Assembly: GCA_951406725.2 (NCBI GenBank)
Contig: OX597833.1
Span: 53,010,001 to 53,074,000 of the forward strand
From: Octopus vulgaris
Lineage: Eukaryota
Direction: 5' to 3'
DNA: 64,000 nt
Part shown: one piece after another, positions 16,850 through 30,881 of the stretch
Layout of the letters: each line of letters begins with the position of its first letter
Numbering within the stretch: position 1 is the first letter of the stretch
Position numbers and translations under genes: made by a program
Notes under the pieces: model-generated
Database searches by the model: none
The model's input: only the letters and a program-made list of their open reading frames with translations
Told to the model about the DNA's origin: nothing

Positions 16850-18820
16850 AAGAACGGGAGCAGTAACAGAGTGCCAACTTCTCCAGGAGCAACAAGTACC
16901 AAATTTATCCATGAGTAGCAGCAGTAGTTATAACAACAACCACAACAAAACGAGGAAAACAGTAGTGACACCTATTACAGCAACATCAAAAGAAGTGATA
17001 TTACTAAACTAAAAACGTGACAATCACTAACAACGTCGATTTTTAAAGGAAGAAAACTTATATATCCGACGACAACAGTTCCAACAACGATAAGAATTAG
17101 CAAAAGTGACTGCTAAATCACCGTTACCACCAATAACAACAAAATAAAAAAAACTACAACAGTACCAGTACAAACAACAACAGAAACAACAACGACAATA
17201 CCAATAAAGAATAATCAAAAAGTTTAAGTTATAATTAGAAGTCTAAACAAGAAGGATTAATGACAACGACACGACACAATGAAAATAGAATGCAAAGTCG
17301 AGAGAGATAAAAATAGCTGAAGATGGCAAGCAGTGCCGGAAAGTCGGAAGAAATAAAACAAGAGGAATGGTACAGAATATATGTTGTGAACACGAATAGT
17401 TTGGAATACTAATAAAAACAAAAGAATGTTAATGGAATACATGGGGGAAATATGAGGAATATCTTTAAGATATATGGAATTTGTGTAATGTGTACCGTTT
17501 GGAATACGCCATTGATACAATGCCTGAATCGAAGAGGAGAATTTTTTCTTTTTCTTATTGTAGAAATAAGGACTGCAAACTGAAGAATAGCAAGCAACAA
17601 CAACAATACTAATAGCAAAGTTTACAGTTATAGAAACAGTATTAGTCACAATAACAACAACGACAACAACAACAAGGGCCGTAAAATCCTGTGGTACCAG
17701 CGGCGATAATATCAATAATAACTACATCGTCTGTAGTTAGTAATAATATTTGTAGTTAGTAATAATAGTAATAACAGCACAGCAGCCACGATAGTAATAA
17801 CAACAGAAACAAGAAGAACTACAACAACAAACAACAAAAACAGCAATACCAATAGCAACAATACTAATAACAACAGCAATAATAATAATAATAATAACAT
17901 CACCACGAGAAAAAAAGCTCGTAGAAATAATATCAGTAATAACAGCAGCAATAATCAGAGGTGAATGACAGCAGCGGGAATAACAGCAACAGCTGTGACA
18001 ACAATAAATAGAAACAGTAGTAGCAGCAGTAGCACCAGCAGCAGCAGGAATGACAACGACGGTGTAATAACAACATGACCGGGCTAACGACACAGTCGGC
18101 ATGTGTAGTTGTTGTTTAGTCTCGGGTCAGCTGTGATCAAGCATACTTATTATCAATGATATTCCATCCGTGACCATCCCTAATTGGATTACATTATTTA
18201 ATATAGTACTTCATTTTTTTTTAAGAGAAAGACGAGAGTTTGAGGATACTTGATTGCTATTTCTAGCTGGTCGAGTAAAGGATATTTGATTGCTATTTCT
18301 AGCTGGTCGAGTAAAGGATATTTGATTGCTATTTCTAGCTGGTCGAGTAAAGGATATTTGATTGCTATTTCTAGCTGGTCGAGTAAAGGATATTTGATTG
18401 CTATTTCTAGCTGGTCGAGTAAACACGTGGGGGGAAATTCCCTTGTCGGCTCATAGCACCGTTGATAGATGCGTATGGTAAAGAACACTAATAAAACAAC
18501 GAATATAAACGGTAACAACAACAACAACAATAACAATAACTATCGTCAGCAGCAGCTGTAGTAACTATAGCAACAACAACAACAACAACAGCAGCAACAA
18601 GAGGCTCAGAGACAGCATCTACAAAGATCACCCCCTCACATCGGTAACAGCAGTAACGACAGACAGAGAGAGATACATAAACAGTAGCAGACATATTCAA
18701 CCGTTCCAAGAGTCGGTAACACTCGCAGCAGATGAAGAAATAACAGTAAAAACAACAACAACAATAATGGCAACAACAGCTACAAGATAACATGTTGATA
18801 ACAATAACAGGATTTGACAC
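16850..18820. repeat. Degenerate (CAA/CAG/TAA)-rich low-complexity region
   Basis: Runs of aacaac/agcagc/aataat interspersed with short unique sequence. Confidence 0.7.
18243..18422. repeat. 36-bp minisatellite, 5 copies
   Basis: aggatatttgattgctatttctagctggtcgagtaa x5, head to tail with no spacers, one substitution in the first copy. Confidence 0.95.
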
Positions 18821-19308
18821 CAGACACTGCTGCTATCGAAATGACCAAATAATAACTCCTTTGACGAACACCTAACTGGTTTCACTTTTACTTGGAGCTG
18901 TTTTAATGCTTATATATACACTTCTAGACATTGACCACAGACTGGATTATAATCCTTTATGTAATTCGCTGTGTTATAAGCGTTTTATAAGGCATAATAC
19001 GATTCGAGGTGCGGATTGAATTAACAAATCGTCCAACGAAATATAGATTGCTTCATGGACATTGTATAACAAAAATAAGACAAAATATTTACCTGGATTT
19101 CTCTGTTTTACCAAATATTGTATTTATACCTACGTGGATATGTATAGTGTATACCTCTAAAGAATTGTACAAATAATACTCTTCATATATATATATATAT
19201 ATTTGACAAAGATTACTGCCATCAAACCGGTCGGATATTTTCAAGAGAAATACGATACAAGACTATGGTAAATACTCTTTTAATTACATCATTTTGGTAC
19301 TAGATTTT

Positions 19309-19361
<53 letters not shown>

Positions 19362-21286
19362 TTCAAAGACATGTGTCCATTGAACTTCTATTTAATTAAT
19401 ATTATCATTCGTTTACATACACACACCCTGATGAATACAGATATGTGTATTAAATATAGAATAAATATATGAGTATATTACATAAGTATAAATACGTAAA
19501 GTGTTACATACGTATTTATATATCTATCAATTCAATTACATGTGCATGCATAAACATTTATATATCTATTTATGCATATATTATTACATGCCTATAAACA
19601 TCTACATATATACATTTACGTAACCCAACAGGATGTTATACATTAAAAAGCTTTAAGAGAATATTTCCGGCAAAAGAAAAAGAAAATAATTTATCTATAT
19701 GTAAACAATTGTTTAACAGGAACTCTCCAATGTTCAAAGTCAAACTTAGTATAGAGTAATCGTCTGCGAAATTTCAGCATCGTTTTGAGACATTACAAAG
19801 TGGATTTAATTGCTTATTCTTTCGATGATCGGAATTTAACTCTAATGGGATCAATTCAGTATAAATCGAAAAAATATTTCATCGAAATAAATTGACTAAA
19901 ATAAAGTAATGAAAATTTTCTTTTCAAATTGAATATTTAAAACGAAAACCGACAAAGAAAAAAGCTTCCTTTTGAGTGTAACAACAGCATTTTTCAATTG
20001 AATATTTTTTGTAAGTATTTGAAAATATACTTGACATTTAAACACAAAATATGCATTCAAAAATATGATTTATTTTCTACTATTTTTAAATAGAAGCCAG
20101 GAAAATGTGTGAATTCTTGATATTCAAATAAGTACTATTGTTATTATTATTATTATTATTAGCAACAGCATTTTTCTTGAAAAAGAGATATCGTGTTTAT
20201 ATAGGAGATCGTTTTTGTTTTCTCTATCTACAGCCATATAGCTTTTAAGACTGTATTTTAAATATTATTTGATTATAAATAGGAGACTACCTACATAGTT
20301 TCTGCTTATTTCCTAAGCTTTGTCACTTTGTCTATTTATCATTCCTTTAATCGATATAGTTAACTCAATATCGCAGGATATTAACTCATTTGAAATTTTA
20401 CATTGAATAGAATATTTTGTAAAAAAAAAATCTTATACACATTTTGAATGTTTTTTTTTTCTTTTATATCATAAAATGATTTTTAGAAATTCTATGAGTA
20501 ATCCGATCTTAGACGATGACATAACCAGCCGAAAGTTCTATTTCTTATCTTCCTCCTCTATTGCTTTTCATTTTTTTCTTTTTCTTTTACGGAATTATTG
20601 GAGACTGTTATAAAATAGAAATAATTATTTTAACGAGTTTACAGTTCAAAAAATGCATTTTAATAAATATAAATCACAAAAATTATAAGTGAAAAAATAC
20701 TTTCTTAGAATGTTATCTATGCAACTAAACTAAAAACAACAACCACACACATAACACATATACACAAATACGCATGTATATATTTATTATATTTTATAGA
20801 CTTGTATCTTAACCCTGGTGTTTCTATATGTATATATATATATATATTTATATATGTGTGTGTGTGCATATATATGTGTATGTGTGTGCATGTTTGTATG
20901 CCTGTATGTATGCATGCATGTATGTATGTATGTATGCATATATATGTATGTATGTATATATACACGCTCGCAAATGCACACTCAGGCACAAATATTGATA
21001 TACACACACACACACACAGATATATATATATATATATATATATATCATTCAAAGGAATTCCAACTCTGTTTTTTATGTTTTATTTATATTCTTAATAATA
21101 TTAATGTAGAATATAGTATAAATAGTATATATAGTATAATGAAATGAAGTATTGATTGTCTTACTGAATAGATGAAATATTGAATATCAAATATTAAGGG
21201 ACTAGTACACTTTCTTGCATTTAAGCAATCTTCAATGTCCCAGGTTGTGACATACATACATATACACATACATATATATTTATCTT

Positions 21287-21348
<62 letters not shown>

Positions 21349-21350
21349 CA

Positions 21351-21576
21351 CGAGAAAAAAGCAACAAGAATGGATTAGTTTTTTAGTACAATTGTTTCAT
21401 ACAAAGACTTTCATACAATTGTACTAAAAAACTAATCCATTCTTGTTGCTTTTTTCTCGTTTATAATCACCCCACATTATTGTATGGTTAATACCATATA
21501 GTTTTCTAGTTCATCTAAGTTAAGTACCGCATTCAAGTGAATTCATTAGAACTGACTTGAATCTTAATTGCTTTTA

Positions 21577-21580
<4 letters not shown>
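21351..21580. mobile_element. Fold-back module with tail, between (TA)n tracts, just upstream of FoxL1
   Basis: 21351-21404 is inverted at 21415-21459. The left arm on the minus strand carries GAAAC-AATT-GTA (hammerhead stem III + GUA). The tail is related to 52205-52320. Confidence 0.75.
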
Positions 21581-21629
<49 letters not shown>

Positions 21630-21679
21630 CAAATACAACAATGTATTTCCTTTGTAAATGTTATATGAATATGTTTTGG

Positions 21680-21705
21680 TATTTTCTTCCATTGTTTTTT
21701 CCTAG
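21680..21705 (+). promoter_or_regulatory. Candidate splice acceptor for a 5'UTR intron of the Fox gene
   Basis: Polypyrimidine tract tattttcttccattgttttttcctAG ending at 21705, 176 nt upstream of the ATG. A possible donor (gtaagt) lies at 20011. No transcript evidence. Confidence 0.35.
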
Positions 21706-21881
21706 GTTTAAATGCTGTTCCCTACTTCGGAATCAAAATCGAACTCAGGAAAATTTATGCACAAAGAAACTCGAATGGAAAATTATAAAGTAATTGCTAA
21801 TAACTGTCAATAATTGTTACAACAATAACTCATAAATGGACAAGAAATAAACAAAAAAAATTGTGTCCCCATTCATAAACG

Positions 21882-24800
21882 ATGCCGCTATCAAGCGGAA
21901 TATTTCTAGGGGACTCCCTTCCCCTTTGTTCAACGTTGTCTTCATTATATGGACAATATCTCGATGACCCACGAAGTTACCTTCCTGCCCTATGTTATCA
22001 ACCGACGGCCGGTTTCGGCAATCCTGGGTTTTCGTTTGGTATGCTGACTGATCCAGAAAAAAGAGAGCATCACCAGAAGCCGCCTTATTCTTACATTGCC
22101 CTTATAGCAATGGCGATCAAAAATGCACCCGACCGAAAGATTACGCTGAATGGAATTTACCAATTTATCATGGAACGTTTCCCGTACTACCATGACAACA
22201 AGCAGGGTTGGCAGAATTCGATCCGTCACAACCTGAGTTTAAACGATTGCTTTGTCAAAGTAGCACGGGAAAAGGGAAAACCTGGGAAAGGTAGTTACTG
22301 GACCCTGGACCTAAACTGTGAAGAAATGTTTGAGAATGGTAATTACAGGCGAAGAAAACGGCGGGTAAAATCGTGTGTAAAACATCCCCCAAACCAGCAG
22401 AACCCCCAGCAACACACGTCTCCACAACAACAACACCAGCATCAGCAAAATAAATCTCAAACACCTCAGAATGATTCTTCATTGCAAACAGATGTACCGT
22501 TGTTGTTATTAAGATCTTCATCATTACCCTCATCTCATCCGTCGCAGCCATCTTCTTCCGTCTGTTGTTCCTTAGATAACCGACTCCAATGTCCAGAGCC
22601 TATATCTAAACTAAATTCACCTTCTGATGTTGGTTGTAACGAGAATAGTAACGAAGGTGGTTGTGATTTTGCTGGTTGTGAGACAATATCCGATAAACTC
22701 AGAATGTCGTCTGTATCGTCTGTTCATAAAAATCATTTATTTAATCCCATGAAGCCGGTTTCGATTGATACAACATCGTTGTCCTCTTCAAATTCATTAG
22801 CTTATTCTTCTATGTCACCATCTCCATCCTCTTCGCCATGCTCACATATCAGTTCTCCTTCTCCAATTAGTCCAACGAATTCCCCTGACCAGTGGGCTTC
22901 CACAACGTCGAATTTTAATCGCTATCTACACCAGCAACGTCTACACCAAACGCATCACCGACGCCGTGAAGAGAAAGATAGAAAAGAGAAGATTCACCTA
23001 AAACAAGAAGATATGCAATCAACCAAAATGGAAAATAATTCAACGGAGCAGACGATGTCTAAGTTGTCCAATAATCTTCGGACATCCCAGCAGGATATAC
23101 CAACGTCCTCTTCGCCAAGCATTGAAACAATAGAAACATCTCAGACATCGACATCTGCACCTGATTCTCCGGGTATTCAATGCAGGCTCACAAACAAACA
23201 ACCGCCGCCATTAAATGATAGATCTGATGAATGTCACTCGAGTCACGTGACACCTCATGCAAGGCATTCTTTTCAGACGACTAACCATCATCGGCTGCTG
23301 CAGAAATCGATGGAGGGTGGAAATTGCTTTGAAAATTCTGATAACCTCACGCCGACCAATACTTCCTCTGAGCAACAACAATTACACGAACAACGACAGC
23401 AACCAGATCAACAACAACAGCAACAAATAAAAAATACGAGAAACAATAATATAAATGAAGATAGTTATTCTAATGAGAAAATGGACGCCGAAGAAGAAAG
23501 TGACGATAGGTTTAATTTACAAAATAAAGTATATCCTGAGCATCGTAGTATGAGTAATAACTTGAACGGAATTAATGTCGATGGTGCCTTACCTATCTGC
23601 CCGACCAGTGCAGACAACGATTCAGAAAATGGTGAAGTAAGAGGTTCTACATTTCAGGCTTCTATGGGATATTTCTGCTCAAAGGAAATTAGAACGAATG
23701 GGCGAAATATTTCGAAAAGGAGAACTTTGAAAACATTTAGTATTGATAGTATTATAGGTCAAAATACGGACGAAATAAGTTCTAAAAGTTTCACTGATCC
23801 AATATCGGTTCCTTTCTTGGACTCCATGGATAAAACAGACAGTAGAATTACGAAAGATGACACCTGTAACAGTCGTTGCTGGTGTCAAGGTGATATATCC
23901 GAAGAACACATGAGACAGGTAAATGGTGATGAGTCTGTGGATCTACAAAGAACATCTTTGGTGGGGCCAAGACATAAAAGAGATATTGAACAGAAGCAAT
24001 ATGAAGCAATGTTTAATAACGATCATCGTAGTGTTTTAAATTGCAACAGAAACCATGATAGCGATGGTGTTGATACCACAGACAGTGACGTCAATGATAA
24101 CAAAAAAGAATGCGATGGCAAAAATAAAAGAAAAGCATGTGGATGCTGTGAAAAGATTCATTGTATCAGCTCACGATGCTACGAATTGCACATGCATTAT
24201 CACGTCGATTCTGACAGAAGTAAGTCTTGCAACCAGGTCAAATCTTCAAGTGCTGCAGAGAGTGCACAGATGTCCAAGACAAATAATTATGCTAACAGAA
24301 AGAATAATGTCAAACAGCTGGACGGAAGTGACCAGGAGACAAACGGAGAGATGAACGTCGATATTAAAGATAGCAAGACAGATATCTTTGACAAAATCCC
24401 AAGTCCACCGCCCAAAATTGTTGATCTAGCTTTATCTAAACCCGTAAGTTTCTCATCGCGGCTGGCCACTGAACTAAACAATAACCGGTGCCGAGTGCCG
24501 TCTTTTGAATTTGCGTCTGCTTTCTCCATGGCACCCTCAGTACATTTGCCGTTTCATTCAAGCTCAGCCAACGTGACAAGTAACTCAGCCATGTCGTCAC
24601 ATATGGAACGCTTATTTGCTCTACGAGCATGCCATGCCCCTTTACAACCAAGTTTTAATTTCCAGCCTCAGAATGCCTTCGGAAACATAACGCCACTTCT
24701 GTTCCAGTATTCTACCAGTGCAGCAGCGGCAGCAACAGCAGCAGCAGCAGCAGCGGCCGCGGCAGCAACTGCTTCCACCTCCCCAGCTTTGACCAACGGT

Positions 24801-24893
24801 GCATCGTATCCATTTAGGTTCCCACTTTCACTGGACACTAAAAACTGGTCACTTGGGTCAGATTTTTTACGGACAAGCGGTCAACCACTTTAG
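21882..24893 (+). CDS. FoxL1: Forkhead box transcription factor, FoxL1 class, uninterrupted 1003-aa ORF
   Basis: Only long non-repetitive ORF. Forkhead domain from aa 66 (about 22077-22365): [78 protein letters not shown]...[13 protein letters not shown], whose residues ([34 protein letters not shown]) fit FoxL1 better than FoxC/FoxL2. EH1-like FSIDSII at aa 619-625, poly-Q/S tracts, C-terminal poly-Ala. Confidence 0.9.
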   Translation: MPLSSGIFLGDSLPLCSTLSSLYGQYLDDPRSYLPALCYQPTAGFGNPGFSFGMLTDPEKREHHQKPPYSYIALIAMAIKNAPDRKITLNGIYQFIMERFPYYHDNKQGWQNSIRHNLSLNDCFVKVAREKGKPGKGSYWTLDLNCEEMFENGNYRRRKRRVKSCVKHPPNQQNPQQHTSPQQQHQHQQNKSQTPQNDSSLQTDVPLLLLRSSSLPSSHPSQPSSSVCCSLDNRLQCPEPISKLNSPSDVGCNENSNEGGCDFAGCETISDKLRMSSVSSVHKNHLFNPMKPVSIDTTSLSSSNSLAYSSMSPSPSSSPCSHISSPSPISPTNSPDQWASTTSNFNRYLHQQRLHQTHHRRREEKDRKEKIHLKQEDMQSTKMENNSTEQTMSKLSNNLRTSQQDIPTSSSPSIETIETSQTSTSAPDSPGIQCRLTNKQPPPLNDRSDECHSSHVTPHARHSFQTTNHHRLLQKSMEGGNCFENSDNLTPTNTSSEQQQLHEQRQQPDQQQQQQIKNTRNNNINEDSYSNEKMDAEEESDDRFNLQNKVYPEHRSMSNNLNGINVDGALPICPTSADNDSENGEVRGSTFQASMGYFCSKEIRTNGRNISKRRTLKTFSIDSIIGQNTDEISSKSFTDPISVPFLDSMDKTDSRITKDDTCNSRCWCQGDISEEHMRQVNGDESVDLQRTSLVGPRHKRDIEQKQYEAMFNNDHRSVLNCNRNHDSDGVDTTDSDVNDNKKECDGKNKRKACGCCEKIHCISSRCYELHMHYHVDSDRSKSCNQVKSSSAAESAQMSKTNNYANRKNNVKQLDGSDQETNGEMNVDIKDSKTDIFDKIPSPPPKIVDLALSKPVSFSSRLATELNNNRCRVPSFEFASAFSMAPSVHLPFHSSSANVTSNSAMSSHMERLFALRACHAPLQPSFNFQPQNAFGNITPLLFQYSTSAAAAATAAAAAAAAAATASTSPALTNGASYPFRFPLSLDTKNWSLGSDFLRTSGQPL

Positions 24894-25094
24894 ACCACAA
24901 CCTAAAAGAACTTCACTTCATCTGATGAAGACATTATACAGACAGTGGTCATCCAAAACACTTTTCTATACATATAAATATATATACATACATATCCATA
25001 CAAATATACATATGTACATAAATACACACCTATATGTATATATATATATATATATATGTATGTGTATATATATATATGTATGTACGTATGCATG

Positions 25095-25184
<90 letters not shown>

Positions 25185-25350
25185 TGTATGTATGTATGTA
25201 TGTATGTATATATATAGGTGTATATACCTGCATGGAACGTATGTTTTGTGTATTAAACAAAAACTATTACTAAACTAATTGAAGTCATATCTCCTTTTCC
25301 CTCTTTGTTTCTCTCTCTCCCTTTCTCTCTTTCTCAACACACACACACAC

Positions 25351-25414
<64 letters not shown>

Positions 25415-25725
25415 GTAGGCATACATACATACATATATATAAATATATATACATACACAAACACACACACATATATATATAAATGTATGTATATGCTAAT
25501 GCATGTATATACACACACACATATATATATATATATATATTATATATGTATGTATGTATATGTTTGTCTACAATGAGTGATTGATAAATGGTATATTTGG
25601 TTTTGTATATAAATATATACGCAACTGTCTATACATTTACAAACATGTTTATAAATATACATACACGTTAACATAACGTAAATACAAATAACAAATATTT
25701 AAATACGTTCAACCACACATGCATG

Positions 25726-25759
<34 letters not shown>

Positions 25760-26078
25760 TATACATACAAACATACGTACATACATACATACATACATAC
25801 ATACATACATACATACATACATACATACATACATACATACATACATACATACATACATGCATGCATGCATACATACAAACACATACATAAATGCACGTGT
25901 GGCTGTACAGGCATTAAAACATTCATTGTTATAGCAAAGATAGAAACATCTGCAGATATATATATGTAAAGATTTCACTTGAAATCAAAACACAACCAGA
26001 TTTGACACATAAACCATATCACTTATATAATAAGCTAACTAAACATATCTACGATCGAATCTCACACTGTCCATCCAA

Positions 26079-26345
26079 ACATGAAACAATATACCAGTGT
26101 CTTCTCATGTTATATAGACATATAATTAGGCTAATATGGAACGATTTACCAAAAGTCTAATGATTTCCCTGCAGTATTATGTAACACAGGTGATATGGAA
26201 CTGTTTACCCAAATCTTTTGACATTCTGTGCTATTGTATCGCCGCTGATACGGAACAATTTACCGATGTGTTTGACTTTCTGTGGTGTTTATAACACAGT
26301 TCACATGGAACAAATTTACCAACTTCTCCACATTTTATGTGCGGT
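26079..26345. repeat. Degenerate ~55-bp minisatellite
   Basis: a(t/c)a(t/c)ggaac...ttacc-like motif at 26079, 26134, 26193, 26248 and 26303. Confidence 0.55.
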
Positions 26346-26419
26346 AGGTAACATCTTTCTTTTCTATACAATATATATATATGTGTATATATATGTATAT
26401 ATATATGTATATGCACTCA

Positions 26420-26453
<34 letters not shown>

Positions 26454-26607
26454 CATATACATATATATATATATACATATGCATATATGTATATGGATAT
26501 ATACATATATATATATATTTATATATATAGATAGATAGATAGATATACACGCATATACATATAAATGGATATATATATAGATATGTATACATAAACATAT
26601 ATATATA

Positions 26608-26646
<39 letters not shown>

Positions 26647-26695
26647 CATATATACATACATATACATATATACATATGTATACATATACATGTGC

Positions 26696-26754
<59 letters not shown>

Positions 26755-26816
26755 GGGGGGGGTATATATATATATATATATGTATACGTCTCTATGTATG
26801 TATCTATATACATGCA

Positions 26817-26864
<48 letters not shown>

Positions 26865-26955
26865 TACTCATGTATACATATATATATATGTATACATATA
26901 TGTACATATATATGTATATATGTATATATATATATATAGATATAGATACGTATAC

Positions 26956-27016
<61 letters not shown>

Positions 27017-27022
<6 letters not shown>

Positions 27023-27197
27023 GCTTATTGTCCTGTATCTCCTTTTTTTTGCCTGTCTTGTTCCTTGGTTTGTGTCTATGTTTTTCGTCTCTCTATGTGT
27101 TCGACGTCTTTTTGGTGTCCTGTACACATATATGCGTGTATATGTACATGTAGAGGTAGGTACGTACATATATGTTTATATATATGCATATATTTTA

Positions 27198-27200
<3 letters not shown>
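27017..27200 (+). mobile_element. Dispersed repeat, TA-associated (also 32660-32850)
   Basis: ttccttggttt.gtgt.tatgttttcgt...ggtgtcctgtac...gtagaggtaggtacgtacatatatg shared by both loci. Confidence 0.7.
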
Positions 27201-27246
<46 letters not shown>

Positions 27247-27435
27247 GAGAAAAAGAGAGAAATGAAGAAATTGACATACAGACATCAGTTTATTTAAAGG
27301 TATTCAAATTCTTATAATGAAATTCCAACCCAACAGCCGTTTCCATATCCAATTAGTTCAATTACAGAAATTAAATTTAATTTAAATTTTCATGTTATAT
27401 TTATATATGTATGTATAACACATATATGTATATTC

Positions 27436-27494
<59 letters not shown>

Positions 27495-27502
27495 ATATAT
27501 AA

Positions 27503-27539
<37 letters not shown>

Positions 27540-29142
27540 TATGTATATACACACTTATATGTGTGTGTGTGTGTGTGTGTGTCTGTGTCTGTGTATACAC
27601 TTCACTGCAGCCTTTACAGTAATATTCATTTTATAGCATTATTTCACACATTGAGCTATTTAAGATACTTTATAGTGATGAAAGTTTTCTCTTCCTTTTT
27701 ATATATATTTTATATATTTTCTTCAAACACTCACTACTTCTGTAGGTTGTTCTTATAACAGTGTATATGTGTGTATGTGTGTGTATGTATTTATGTATGC
27801 ACGTGTGTATATATATATATATACATATATACATGCATATGCATATATGTATATGTTCATAAAATATATATATATATTCATACATATATATATATATACA
27901 TATATGTGTTTGTAAAACTATTTCTATTGGTGCAGTTGGTAAATATTTTATGACTCACTTTTGATTTTATCGTCAAAGAGTATAACATTAATATAGCAGA
28001 ACGACCAACATCGAACACATTTTTTTATTGTTTCCATTAGCCATGGTGAGGAGTGTACACATAACATTCATAATATTTTTGAAACTATCGAAAGCCTAAT
28101 TGTATCTTTGATTTTAATACTTTACTGATGGGAACTTTAATCTCACCATTTTTACTGGCATATTATTGTTTTATTTTGTTTTTGTTTGTATTTTTTTTTT
28201 TTGGTTTTTATTTTTAGGCAAAAATAAATTTTTTGTCGTTTTGTTCTGTTCAACTTAAACGCAGAACAGAACTAATCGATCATGAAAACATTTTGTCTTT
28301 TGTAATTTTTATCGTTGGATGGAGATATATTTAATTATTTTTGATTTTAAATTATTTTATTTTCTTTTATTGTTTCAGAAAAATTTCTATTAGTATTCAC
28401 CATTTTGTATATTAGTTCAAAAATCAACATGTAAAAATTTCAAATTAAATTTGTCAAATTTTGGTAATGACTATGTAAGAAGGTTAGAGTAAGTAACCTC
28501 GTGTTATTACAGAACTCAAATACATGGAATCAACATTGAATATTTGCAGCTAAACATCAAAATTGTAAAAGAATATAAAAGCAATATTTTGTGGCGGTTG
28601 TGATAAGAAAAATCGATTTTGGCATAAAAGACACATATCAAGCCATTCAAAAACAATTCATCACATCACACCATCTGCAAACTGGTCACTGACACGGCTC
28701 TACTGTAGCTCAATGGATCTGTGTCAGTGACCAGACTACTCTTGATGCGACGAAAATAATAAATGTTTAAGCGAATTAGCAATTTATATGTGTGGTTTTT
28801 AATTACTATTATGTGTCTTTCAATCTGTAATTGTTTTAGCTTCAACACACAATTTCAGATCAAATCACTTGCCCAGCAAAATTACATCTCCAAAAAGATA
28901 AATAATTTTTTTTTTCCGTCCGATCAACGATGAGGTTACCATATTGCCAATGATTAAATCTTTACTGTCTCTACGTGGTCTGATAGCATACGGTGCGTAA
29001 AATAATTAACCAATGACTGTTGCTGTATTATTGAACCATACAAACTGTCTATGGGAAGAACTTGTAGACTTTTTGTATCTATAATGTCCTTTTAATAAAA
29101 AATGATTAAAAGCCCCTGTGGCAATAATAAAGAATAAAGATG

Positions 29143-29198
<56 letters not shown>

Positions 29199-29334
29199 TA
29201 GAAAATTTTTCTTTGATACCTGCTGTATTTACACATTTTCCAAAGGGAGCCACCTTGACACTCCTACACATTCCAATGTAATGCGATTCGCGGTCAAACA
29301 ACATAATGTGTGTGTGTGTGTGTATGGTTTATAG

Positions 29335-29521
29335 GTTTAGGTGTGGCTGTGTGGTAAGAAGCTTGCTTTCCAATCATATAATTCTGGGTTCAGTCCCTTT
29401 TCATGTTACCTTGGGCAGGTGTCTTCCGCTATAGCCTCGGGCCAATCAAGCTTTGTGAGTGAATTTGGTAGACGGAAACTGTAAGAAGCCTTTCATGTAT
29501 GTATGTATGCATGCATGCATG

Positions 29522-29589
<68 letters not shown>

Positions 29590-29740
29590 CGTATGTATGT
29601 ATGTATTTGTATGTTGGCGTCTGTGTTTGTCCCCTTCCCCACCATCGATTGACTACCGATGTTAGTATATTTACGGTTCGGCAAAAGAGACTGATATAAT
29701 GGAGTTCCAGCATGGCCGCAGACAAATGACTGAAACGAAA
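29335..29740 (+). mobile_element. SINE family A, diverged
   Basis: Head tggctgtgtggtaagaagcttgc, internal microsatellite, tail ccagcatggccgcagacaaatgactgaaac. Confidence 0.8.
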
Positions 29741-29764
29741 AATGTATGTATGTATGTATGTATA

Positions 29765-30050
29765 TGTGCTGATTTGTATGTTTTGTTTTATGCATGTTTT
29801 ATCATGCATACACTTGCATATCTAGACATTCACATATATATATTAAAATGATGAACTTCTGGAAAGTTTTACAGATTTTTACAGTGCCAGTGATAGATTG
29901 GATCTGTAATCTTCGAATCAGCTTTTTCTTTTCTGGTTTTGAGAAGCTTAATTTCTCAAGATTGGTATTTAGGCAGTGTTTTACATATCCCAGGGCTCCA
30001 ATAATTACAGGTATAAACCCGAACTTGCAGTCTAGATAGAGTAATTTAGT
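29765..30050 (-). mobile_element. 3' fragment of an RLE-type (R4/Dong-like) non-LTR retrotransposon
   Basis: Minus translation FIPVIIGALGYV...LEKL...IRRLQIQSITGTVKICKTF resembles the C-terminus of restriction-like endonuclease LINEs. Flanked on both sides by (TATG)n. Confidence 0.6.
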
Positions 30051-30057
30051 ATGTATG

Positions 30058-30089
<32 letters not shown>

Positions 30090-30604
30090 CCGGTGGTTCA
30101 AAAATTATTGTTGTATCTTTCACTGAAGTTGACTGTTTTGTTTTTTTTTTTGTTTTCTTTTATAGTTATAGCTACGCCTTTGAATCTGCTCACAATTATC
30201 TCTCTTCGGAATTTCCCATTAAGGAAGCGTAAAGAGCAAGAAATGCGCGTCTGAGAATCCGCTAGAGGGAAGCACTGAGCAGACATGTGTTTACACCTTT
30301 TACAATCATGGAGAATTTTTTTTCTCTGCTGTAACTGCTGTAAATTTGCCTCTTGAAGTTTGAATATTCCACCAACATTTTAATTAACCTAAAGATCACA
30401 ATTTATTGTATTTATAAAATCATATTTGCAACCAATGAAGCTCACGTGGAAGTGTTCTGATGTTTTTGATAAAGTTCTATTTGTCTGCCCGCGTTTTCTA
30501 ATAAACTCTGCTGAATTATCCTTATATTTCACATTTTTACGAGTTTTTCAAATTGTGAAATTAATTTATAGACACCCTGTACAAGCACTCACACACACAC
30601 ACAC

Positions 30605-30661
<57 letters not shown>

Positions 30662-30707
30662 TATATATATGCATGTGTGTGTGTGTGTGGTATATATGTA
30701 TATATAC

Positions 30708-30850
30708 ATATATACGACAGGCTTCTTTCAGTTTCTGTCTACCAGATCCACTCACAAGGATTTGGTCGGCCCATGGCTACAGTAGAAGACATTTGCCCAA
30801 GGTGCCACGTAGTGGGACTGAACCCGGAACCATATGGTTGGTAAGGAATC

Positions 30851-30881
<31 letters not shown>

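Noticed and set aside
18243-18422. 36-bp repeats of CRISPR-like length
   Set aside because: Head-to-tail with no spacers, no cas genes, eukaryotic context; a minisatellite within an old dispersed repeat.
21990-24651. Antisense or alternate-frame ORFs overlapping FoxL1
   Set aside because: Short, with no motifs; expected shadows of a real CDS.
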